Positions 26,212-35,738 of a stretch of DNA of 64,000 bases are shown in pieces. How positions within the stretch are numbered: position 1 is the stretch's first letter; every line of letters begins with the position of its first letter. The position numbers and the translations under genes were made by a program. This DNA comes from Paragordius varius (Eukaryota; Animalia; Nematomorpha): positions 12,400,001-12,464,000 of the forward strand of contig OZ176054.1 of the NCBI GenBank assembly GCA_964247055.1, written 5' to 3'. The notes beneath the pieces are model-generated. The model was not told the origin of the DNA, searched no databases, and was given only the letters and a program-made list of their open reading frames with translations.

Positions 26212-29119
26212 AATCAGGAGTGTTTAACACAAAGGGGCTTCGCGGGCTACATTCGCAAAATATCTGATACTAACCATTTTATTGGATTTTAAACATAAAA
26301 AACTACCATTTATTTTATTTACCAATTGTCGTTAACTCATTGCTGAATTCGGAAGAAAGGCTTGAAAATTTATTCAGAAAATTTTTTGGTTTTAAAATCA
26401 ATTTACTTGATTTCAAATAATTTAAATGGCGGTATGCGGCCTGCGTATTAGAAACCTCATTCAAATATCATACTAAACCTAGTTATATTACCTGAAATAT
26501 TTTATATCCAACGAATTAGTGCGTGCATATTGGGTAAAAAAAGAGATGGCCCATATATAACGTATTTCATCCGTATCAATTACCATATTACGCACAATTT
26601 TATCCTATGTTTGATTAAATAACACTCAAAAAACTTCCCATTAAATACGCGTTATTTTAATTATTACAGTAAAAAATTAATTGAAATTGTAAGGGCAAAA
26701 CGATAAAGACAAATATTTTTTCCAAAAGACAACCATAATTTTTAAATCTTAATTTTTTAATATAATATAACTCATTGTTGTTAACTGAAAGTATAAACAA
26801 CATATTGGTAACACAATCATTTATATATTTTAAGATTGTCATCAAATGATTTTTGTAGGATGTGTATATATAGGTTAAAAAAGTATGGTTGTCTTTTGGA
26901 AAGAAAATTTTGTCTTTATATCTTTACGTTTTGTCCGTATAATATTAATTTTTAATGTGTTAGGGAAAAAAGTAAAATATAAAAAAACAACACTAATAAG
27001 ATTTTATGTTGGATTTATTTTGAAAGTAATGATATATTTAAATTGAATAAGTTAAATTTAAAAATTTATGATTAAAAATCATATGATAATGAAATATACT
27101 TTAACATTAGCCATAAATGTATTGTAACAAATTTTAAGGAATTGCTCCGTGATATGTCGTAGGATAGAATGCAATTCTAGAGAGCTAAATACATATTTAT
27201 ATACATATATATAACGTATGCATTTTAATGGTTGCTTATCTATAGTAGAGCAATTTGCAACACAGTAGGGTATGGAAAAAACAAAAAATGTTGAATAAAC
27301 AATTTAATCCTTTCTTTTTTCCATACACTACTGTAGAGTTGCAAATTGCCCTACTATAGTGTAAAATAAGCAACCATAAATACATAATTATTGAATGCAT
27401 AATTAATATTTTAAATTTAAATACAGCAATACATTATAAAATAAACCATATTTTCAATCAGTATAAACATTATCCGCTTAATATGATTCTTATTAATTAA
27501 TCTTATTTCGGAATTTATACCCCAGTTATATTTTAAAAAATATGAAATTTCTTCATAACCATTAATTTTTACTTTAAATATTTTGTAAAAACAAATATTT
27601 TTTTCAAACCGCTGTACTATTTACTTGATTAATTTATACCTCCTCATTGTAATAAAAAAGAAAAAGTATCAAATAAATAGGTAAATTAGTACCCTAATCA
27701 ATTATGTCATTTACAATTGTAATTAAAAAATTTATATAGGATAGGAAAAATTAAGGTTTAAAAAGTATGGTTGTCTTTGAAACCAATAAATTGTCTTTAT
27801 CTATTTCCGTTTTATCCGTAGAATTTAAATTTTATTGTACTTTTTAATTTTCCACATGTGCATCCCTTTAAAAAAAATTATTTTATTGTATTTGTCTATA
27901 AACTATATTATATATATAGAAAAAATTGAAATCATACGGACAAAACGTAAAAATATAAAAACAAATATTTTTTTGTAAGAAAAAACCTTATTTTTTTAAC
28001 TCCATTTGTTAAAATATGACTCATTGTTTGAAATGGTGCGCGTAATTGAGATGTTAGTAACACAATCAATTTTATATATTACAATTATAATAAAAAGGAA
28101 AAATAAGGTTTAGAAAGTATGGTTTTTAGGAAATTTGCCTTTATATTTTTACATTTTGTCCGTATGACTTCCATTTTTTTGTATTTTCACATGTTCCTCC
28201 CTTTTAAAGAACTTCTTGAGCAGGTAATTCCACTATTTTAAAATCTTATTTAGACTTTATAAAATCCCATATATATACAACAAAAAAAATATACTTTATC
28301 GGTTTTTTTATCAATTGACCAACACTTTGTTTGCGTTTAGGTTTATTGAGTTGCTTTCTAATCCCATCTTTATTATCAGTCCTGACTAGTAAATCACTAA
28401 CATTACGACTCAAGCTATGAGTTATTAAATCATTTTTATCGCTTAGAGCTCTAAGACCCTGAACACAATATGTGCCTTTATAAGGTCTCATATTAGGTAT
28501 CATCATGGCAGCACCATTTTGCGATTGTGATAATATACTTGTGGTGGTTTTATGTTTTGTTTGCCTAAAAAGTTAAATATATACCCTTGAACAATAAAAA
28601 CTCACAGTCGAAGGATTTAAATTAATCCTAGATATTCACCCTCGAACAAATCACTTCACCCTAGGACAATTCAAATTCACCCTAAAAATAAATTATTATT
28701 CGGGGTAATAAAACTATTATTAAAATGAAATATTTTTCTATGGCATAGTTTATTATTTTTCGGTATTATTTTAATTTTAAACAAAAATTTGTTTTTAAAA
28801 AAATATATGGGTAATTTTCTTAAAAACACATAATGATTATAGGGATTTTTGTTCCGGGTAAATGGTTATATATAGTAAAAATTGAAATATACGGACCAAG
28901 TATCTGTTTGTGTGTAAAGAGACAATCATATGTAAAAAACCTTGATTTTTTAAGTCGCTATATAAATAGAGATGTAAATTGGTAAATTCTCAATTATATA
29001 TTTCAATTTTTTAAAAGCATGGGGTTAACTTTTAGTAAAGAATATTTTCTTGTATTATTTACGTTTTGTCCGTATATTTTAGATTTTTACTGTATATGCA
29101 TATATATATTATAAATACC

Positions 29120-29152
<33 letters not shown>

Positions 29153-32100
29153 TATATATAAATTAAAAATAAATTTGCAAAAAATGGTTAACTATGATTA
29201 CTTGTTAGTTATTGAAAATATGTTAAAATTTAAAATGATCAAATATTTTTAGATATAATATTCATTTACTAGATTTAAACATATTGAAAAATTATTCAAA
29301 TAAAATCTAAATATTAATAGTTAGCCTTTTCTACACCTTATTGAAAAAATGTTATTCGTTTTAAAATATATATATAAATATATATGGTATGAATTTTAAG
29401 GGTTTCTTATTTCACACTATGGCAGGGCAATCCTCATCACAGGAGTATATGGAAAAAAAGTAAGGAAATAATTGTTTATTCTACATTTTGTAGTTTTTTC
29501 CATACTCTACTGTGTTGCAAATTGCCCCGCTATAGTGTGAAATAGTAACTATTAAAATGCGTGTTATATATATATATATAAATAATATAATCTAAATTTA
29601 CCCAATATTCCTTATATCAGTCTTTCGTTCAACGGAATTTTGTAAATCTCTAATATACAGAGAAACAATCATACAGTATGAATAAGTATACATTGCTAGA
29701 AAGTTATTAATTATTTCCAAATAGTAAACACAACAAAGAGGGCAGTATTATTGGCTAATAATAGCGTAAAAAGTGAAAAAATTAACTATAATCCAATAAA
29801 TATTGCCCCCTTTGTTGTATTTACTATTGGCAATCTTTAATAACTTTCTAGCATTGTATACTTAAACATACTGTAATAAGTAATTATCGGTAATTAAATC
29901 AAGAAATATCATATATATTAGTAAGTAAAAGAAAACTAACCTACTCCACTGTTTTTGCCAATCACATTGAGATAATTGATCAATGTCCTAATATTACACA
30001 CATAATAAAAATTGAAATTATACTACATGGACAAAAGGCAAAAATATAATGACAAATATTTTTCGTCTAAAAGACAACCCCATACTTTTTTAAATATAGA
30101 TTTTTTTTTAAATCAATGATATATAGTTCTATATATATAACTAATACAAATTTAAATTTTATAAAATTAATTAAATAGCAGTTTATATAAGATATATTAA
30201 GTTTAAAAAAGTATGGTTGTTGTCTTTTGAGAAAAAAATATTTGCCTTTATATTTTGTCCGTGTAATTTCCATTTTTACTGTAATATAAATTCCATAAAA
30301 ATTATCAAAAAAATTTTTTTAAAGTAATCCTAACCAAAAAAACTTACATAATAGGAAATTATATGGTAAAGTATTTCAAGGATGTGGAGATTGAATGTTT
30401 TATTGCTTCCACTTGATTCATCATTGGAAGCCAGGTATATAAGGACAGGAAATAATTTCACATCATACATTATTCTATACCCAATTTTTTATCATAAATA
30501 TAAATATATATATATATATATATATATGGGTAAATAAAATTTGCAAGAATTTTTTCAACTCTGTAAGGGTATTTTTGTTAGTAAGAAAGAAAAAAATAAT
30601 TAAATTACAGTAAAAATTAAAAAAATACGAATGACAACTGCGTAAAATTTAAAGACAAATATATTTTTTAAAAAACAAAAATTATATAATACTCACTTTT
30701 TAAATTTGCAAATTAGAAAAAAGAGTTGTACATTGGTAAGATGCACTAACAAATATTTACAATTGTTGTGTAATTAAATAATTTTTATAAAAGAAAAATT
30801 TAGGTTTAGAAAGTAGACTGTTTTTTAAAATATTTTATACTTTAACGTTTTGTCCGTATATTAAAGCAATTATTAATAAAGAGCTAAATTTTTTAAAATC
30901 TAAAAATTATCAATATTTTTGGACGCTTATAAATAAAGTATGGTTTAATTAAAATATATATATTCAAGGGTTTCACTTTATATTTTATTACCAATTCGTG
31001 TTGGATATAAAACAAAATTAAAAATCTAAAAGAGTTCATTCTTACTCAAATGACATTTAATTTCAAAAAAATTATTGACTTTCCTTATCTCATGAAACCT
31101 GCATTTGTATCTAATATCTGAAAAATTATCAATAGTTTATCATCATCAGGTATTTTAGAATAGTTACTATATATTTTCTTAAAGTCCTTAAAAAATCAAA
31201 AAAAATTATAAAAAATTGTACTTTATTAAATCACTCTGGTAATCGCTTTCGAGGGAGGATTTTCCATTTTGCATTTGATAGATGGGGAGTTTGGAACAGG
31301 TTATACAACTCGGTTGGATAAGCAAAGTATTTCGAATTAAAACAAGAATGTATTCAATCAAGATATGATCTTCATCGAACGTATTTTCCCAACTCTTACA
31401 TATGAAAATATTAATTTTTAAAAATTATTTATAAAAAAATAATATATTAGCATAAAAATTTAAAAACCGCGTTAAAATTAAAACTATTTTAAAAGGTGGA
31501 ATATAATATAAGAATGGGTGATGTAATTGCAGAGTAAATTGACGACAAGAGATAATTTTAAACGGAAAAATGTAAATAAAAATGGTGATAAATTATATTT
31601 GATAAAAAATTCCTTTTTTAATTTATATGTGCACACTTATTTACAAAATTAAAATAATGCAAAATGCTATAAAATACCTTAGAAACCAACTCTTTCAATT
31701 TATTTTTGAGGACTTCTATGAATTCACGATTAATGCACGCCTATTCATCTATATATAAAATGCAAAACTTGTTTGTATTCTTCCAAAAAATTATTAAGAT
31801 CGATAAAACGCCGTTGACCTAATATATCGGTTGGTCTTTTGTTATGATACAATAATATGATTGGATGAGTTAAATTTGCTAGTAATCTATAAGTAATAAA
31901 AATTTTGACAATACTTTAATACAATCTTAAATATGTGTTCATCATCATTGAACTGAGTTAGTATTGGTATAAGATCCTTCGAAACAACTTGAGATTTTCC
32001 AAGATAATAACGAGCTTCATGCATATCGTTATCCCTTTTCAGAAATTTTATAATTTCACGTAAGGTTTCTAATAAGTGAAAACAAAAAACATTTTTAGTC

Positions 32101-32235
32101 CATTGATTTGATTATAAAAAAATAATTATTAAGAGTACCGTAAGTATCAGGTTCTTTCATATATATCCCTCCTTCAATAAAACCTAATGCATTGCAACAA
32201 GCTAAAATTTCATCTTTAATCATAAGTCGTTCCAT
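11390..32235 (-). CDS. TIMELESS: TIMELESS (Tim-1/Tof1/Swi1-type replication fork protection protein), 31 exons, about 1444 aa
   Basis: Phase-consistent GT-AG exons: 32235-32139, 32068-31915, 31886-31769, 31740-31678, 31394-31222, 30474-30348, 29987-29941, 29649-29602, 28564-28295, 28232-28191, 27184-27100, 26604-26492, 26129-26025, 24487-24384, 23944-23866, 23531-23329, 22257-22071, 21679-21596, 21388-21279, 21170-21084, 20501-20378, 19946-19688, 18788-18640, 18328-18153, 17161-17005, 14943-14607, 13658-13574, 13272-13156, 12581-12446, 11996-11791, 11682-11390. Motifs: [40 protein letters not shown]...[39 protein letters not shown] Myb-like repeat. Confidence 0.95.
12065..12313. mobile_element. 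TA-flanked MITE, family B (TACAGTAAAAATTGAAATTATACGGACAAAACG...)
   Basis: Inverted termini. About 17 full or partial copies: 3465, 12065, 12651, 14198, 19330, 26665, ~27700, ~27912, 28871, ~30000, 30606, 34301, 37666, ~38750, ~39360, ~44765, 62449. Confidence 0.85.
16722..16960. mobile_element. hAT MITE, family E
   Basis: CAGGGGTGTCCAACAC...GTCACCTCTG; 8-bp flanks TTATAGAT/TTTTAGAT (7/8 identical). Confidence 0.8.
17701..17876. mobile_element. Hairpin MITE, family C (TACAGTATGCATTTTAATGGTTGCTTATTTCAC...)
   Basis: Almost the whole element is an inverted repeat. Copies at ~15882 (partial), 17701, 22902, ~24750 (partial), ~27214, ~29385, 40535 and ~46843. Confidence 0.85.
22557..22613. repeat. 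(TA)n microsatellite abutting a family A MITE
   Basis: About 28 TA units. Similar tracts at ~4521, ~26176, ~34868, ~43013 and ~49470. Confidence 0.9.
22612..22897. mobile_element. Family A MITE, immediately followed by a family C MITE
   Basis: TACCATTTACAG...GTAAATGGTA. Confidence 0.85.
22902..23090. mobile_element. Family C hairpin MITE with perfect 33-bp termini
   Basis: TACAGTATGCATTTTAATGGTTGCTTATTTCAC at the start; GTGAAATAAGCAACCATTAAAATGCATACTGTA at the end. Confidence 0.9.
24994..25493. mobile_element. 500-bp hAT MITE, family F
   Basis: TIR TAGGGTTGT/ACAACCCTA; 8-bp TSD GCCATCAT/GTCATCAT; subterminal GGTCATGAC repeats. Confidence 0.85.
26215..26458. mobile_element. hAT MITE, family E (inverted relative to the 1737 copy)
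   Basis: CAGGAGTGTTTAACAC...GAAACCTC; flanks ATTTAAAT/ATTCAAAT. Confidence 0.7.
29672..29875. mobile_element. Hairpin MITE sharing TACAGTATG termini with family C but with a different internal sequence
   Basis: TACAGTATGAATAAGTATACATTGCTAGAAAGTTATTA...TAATAACTTTCTAGCATTGTATACTTAAACATACTGTA. Confidence 0.8.
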
Positions 32236-32307
32236 GGAATAATTTTGGTGTTATCTTAGTTCAAAATTCAATCGTTCCCGGTTTATATCGCCAGGTGTTT
32301 TTTTCCT
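32236..32307. promoter_or_regulatory. 72-bp interval between the divergent TIMELESS and moaC start codons (bidirectional promoter or trans-splice region)
   Basis: TIMELESS ATG at 32235 (-) and moaC ATG at 32308 (+). Function is inferred from position only. Confidence 0.55.
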
Positions 32308-32832
32308 ATGATTTTACGAATGTTTAAACATTTCAATCATCCTTTCAACGCAAATGTATTAAAGGCAATATATGTACCTAAAAGATTTGCCAACAATACA
32401 AATGCGTTAAAAATGATTGATATCGGCCATAAACCCCATGTGAAACGTTCAGCTTCTGCAAAAGCTGTAATCCAATTAACACCAGATGCTTTTCAAGCTC
32501 TGGCCTCAAATAACTTAGTTAAAGGGAATGCTATTTCGGCAGCTAAATTAGCTGGTATACTTGGGGCCAAAAAAACCGCCGACCTAATTCCATTATGTCA
32601 TAATATCCCACTAACCTGTGCAAAAATAGATATTCAACTATTGGAAAACACTCATGAAGTTTACATAGAATCCCACATCCAATCTCAGGGACAAACTGGT
32701 GTGGAAATGGAAGCACTAATAGCTTCTACACTAGCTGCTTTAACCATATACGATATGACTAAAAGCTTTTCTCCTACTCATACGATCAAGGAAATTGCAT
32801 TACTTACCAAACAAAAAATAAATATTGATTAG
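32308..32832 (+). CDS. moaC: Stand-alone cyclic pyranopterin monophosphate synthase (MoaC/MOCS1B) with an N-terminal mitochondrial-type leader
   Basis: MIDIGHK...R.A.A, KGNA...A.LAGI.GAKKTADLIPLCH, TGVEMEAL and IYDM.K motifs. About 30-aa basic, acid-free leader; intronless; lacks the usual C-terminal K(S/T)GG. Confidence 0.92.
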   Translation: MILRMFKHFNHPFNANVLKAIYVPKRFANNTNALKMIDIGHKPHVKRSASAKAVIQLTPDAFQALASNNLVKGNAISAAKLAGILGAKKTADLIPLCHNIPLTCAKIDIQLLENTHEVYIESHIQSQGQTGVEMEALIASTLAALTIYDMTKSFSPTHTIKEIALLTKQKINID

Positions 32833-32986
32833 TTTTGTTTTATTTTTGTGTTGCATTATATATTTTGTCTTGTGCGGTTTAATTAACTTTTTTTTTGATT
32901 AAGTAGCGTTATGAAAATAAGTATAGCTAGTTAGTTCCTTATTACCTTTGTTTGGTTCTGCATAAAAATTTTGATGATTAATCCAT

Positions 32987-34858
32987 ATGTGGAATATCAG
33001 ACTATTCTGGCTTTTTTATTCATTAATATTAATCTTTCGATCTAATCAGCAATCAACTCCAAACAATATTATTGTTAAGCGTCAAATTTCTAATTCTACT
33101 ACCAGTATTGCACCTTCTATTTCCACAAATGCCTCTATAACAAATGGTACTAGATCGTTAACATGTCTCATATGTCATGCCGAGTTTAAAATGGATATGG
33201 ATTTAGACGATCCTTGTTTCACAGATGCCGGTTCTACTGATACTGTACTTTGTCCACAAGGGACGAAATTTTGTCAGGTATATTTGATTTTAATCGATAC
33301 TTAAAAAAGCTTACATAAGAAAGTATGTACGCTTTTAGAACAATTATTATCGTATCAATTTTAAATATTTAAAATAATTCAAATATATAAAATTATTTGT
33401 CAGAAAATATTTTTTTATTTTTTTAAATCTGTGTATCGTCATTACGACCAATATTTTTATCCCAGAAATAATTTAAGGGACAATGTAATAAAGATTAAGT
33501 AACTGTTAATTAAGATGGCCTCAAAAAATGATACCATATGCGAATTATTTAATATCGAAGTCGTTTTACATCGACGACTATCCAACTTTTTGTGATTTAA
33601 TCCTATATCGATGCAATCCGTTTTTGGCAGTTTAAATCACTTAAAAAAGCATGTGATATAATTTTAATCATGGTTTTTTATCTATCACCCGTCCATTATC
33701 AAATATATTATTTGGCAGAATATTTAAATGTGATTTTTATTGTGTGTCTTCTATTGCATTTAATTTTTATTAATTATATCAGTTTTAACCTTAATAATTT
33801 AAAAAATATGATTATTATATCGTAAAATCAACCATTCTTGAAATGTTTTAAATTAGTTTGTTTTCTAATCAAAAACATATATTTTTTAACGCCCGTCCTA
33901 AAATTATTTACATACCTCGCGTCTCTAGATTTAGACTAATTAAATGACACAGTTAATTAAATACGATTTTGATTGATGACAACAAAAAACTATGATATTT
34001 TGCTAAGGTTTAAAAATTTTTTTTATTATATTCCAATGATCACGGGAGATATAAATGCTCATTCAGAGCATCCACAGATAATATAAAATAACTGGTGATT
34101 AAACTTAGAATGCTGATAATCTAGCCTTATTATATTTTTTTAATAAAATACCGATCTGTGATATATTAACAAACCACGTGAAAATTAAAAATTAATTCAA
34201 AAAAGGTAATATGAAGTTGCAACTAGGTGTGTGCTGTATTTGTTAGATAATCATTACTTCAATATCCATTAAGGCCATCACCATGTAACTAACATTAAAT
34301 TACAGTAAAAATTGGAATCATACGGACAAAACCTAAAAATATAATGACAAATGTTTTTTCTCTAAAAGGCAACCATATTTTTTTAACTTCACTTTTAAAA
34401 AGATAACTCATTGTTCTAAATTGCAAAGTATAAAATTGATATATATATATATATATATATTTGGTTACTCAATCCATTATATATATATATCACAATTGTA
34501 ATTACATATAATTTATTAAGCTTTATAAATGAATGGTTGTCTCATAGAAAAATACATTTTTGTTTTTATATTTTTACTTTTTGTCCGTATAATTTAAATT
34601 TTTACTGTATTTATTTATCAGGTTGAACGGGTTGAATTAGATGGTGTAATTTCCAAAATTACAAGATCATGTCAAGCAGATTGTAGCTACGGTTGTATTT
34701 ATAATGGGTATGGAGTTACTTATCTAACTTGCACTTCTTGTTGCAATACTCCAGCATGTAATATTGATAATTCTGCAAGCAAAAATGCAAAATTTCTAAT
34801 TTTACCGTTAACTTTAATGACGGCTTTTAGTATAATCAATGTTTTGTTCAACGGATAA
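32987..34858 (+). CDS. Secreted, GPI-anchored Ly6/uPAR (three-finger, Quiver/LYPD-like) protein; exons 32987-33277 and 34622-34858
   Basis: Signal peptide, Ser/Thr-rich linker, LTCLIC...C...CPQGTKFCQ|VER...ITRSCQADCSYGC...CTSCCNTPACN, then a hydrophobic C-terminal GPI-signal-like tail. One phase-0 GT-AG intron. Confidence 0.85.
34301..34609. mobile_element. Family B MITE in the Ly6 intron
   Basis: TACAGTAAAAATTGG...TTTTTACTGTA; ends a few bases before the acceptor. Confidence 0.85.
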
Positions 34859-34863
34859 TTAAG

Positions 34864-34908
<45 letters not shown>

Positions 34909-35738
34909 TGACAGTTCAAATTCAATTCACTTTAAAAATGAATGATGTGTTTTTTAATATTAAAATTACCTATTTTTTTTATATTTTTAAAAATTTTGTT
35001 TAAAATTAATATAATACTGAAAAACTAATAACTTATGCCATAAACATACATAACATATGAATGATGAGTTATATTGCCCCTAAAACACATTATTTATGGG
35101 GTGAATTTGAATTGTTCAAGGGTGATTATTGTTCGGGTGATTTTGAATTGTAAATGGTATAGATATCAGGGATTGGAATTAATTCGTTTTTTAAATCAAT
35201 TCAAGTTTTTCAATTTTTCGGATTTTTATACAAGTAGGTCAAATTTTTTAAGAATAACGCTGTTTAAATGGATTCACAATTAAAAAATTTGAATAAAGTT
35301 TCAAATATTGGCTTTAAATGCGATTAGAAATTAAAATATAAATTTATTAAAATACTAATATATATTAAAAAACATGCAAAATTTAATCATCTCTTGTATA
35401 AAAAAATATATTTTAGGAAATTCAAGAAAAATATAGCAGACTAAGATTTTATGTGATTAATATTTGTTGGCTTTATATTACTTTATATTAAATCACTTGA
35501 AAATACTAAAACCTTTTAACAAAAAAAAATAAAACCCATACCAAAACTTTTTTCGTAAAATCCTTAAAAATCGGACCATTTTAAATTAGATGCCTTAATA
35601 AATGATGCCCAACATCATTTGATATCTAAACTATTTATAAATTTATTATTATACTATTTAAATAAAATAAATAATTGAATTTATTAAACAAACATTGTAC
35701 TATTATCAAAAATAGACTATAAATTAATCATCTATATA

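Noticed and set aside
28191-28205. Non-canonical GG donor in TIMELESS
   Set aside because: A canonical solution exists: AACAT|GTGAAA joined to TTTAG|CTCTCTAGAA keeps the frame.
30067-30273. ORFs 30067-30273, 12003-12212, 26657-26845, 39496-39702, 37996-38184, 35074-35283, 17601-17822, 5093-5305 and 5299-5484
   Set aside because: They lie within MITE copies (families A-D) and are chance frames in repeats.
32308-32832. Bacterial contig or contamination suggested by intronless moaC
   Set aside because: It is tightly flanked by spliced animal genes and has a eukaryote-type targeting leader. HGT of the gene alone remains testable.
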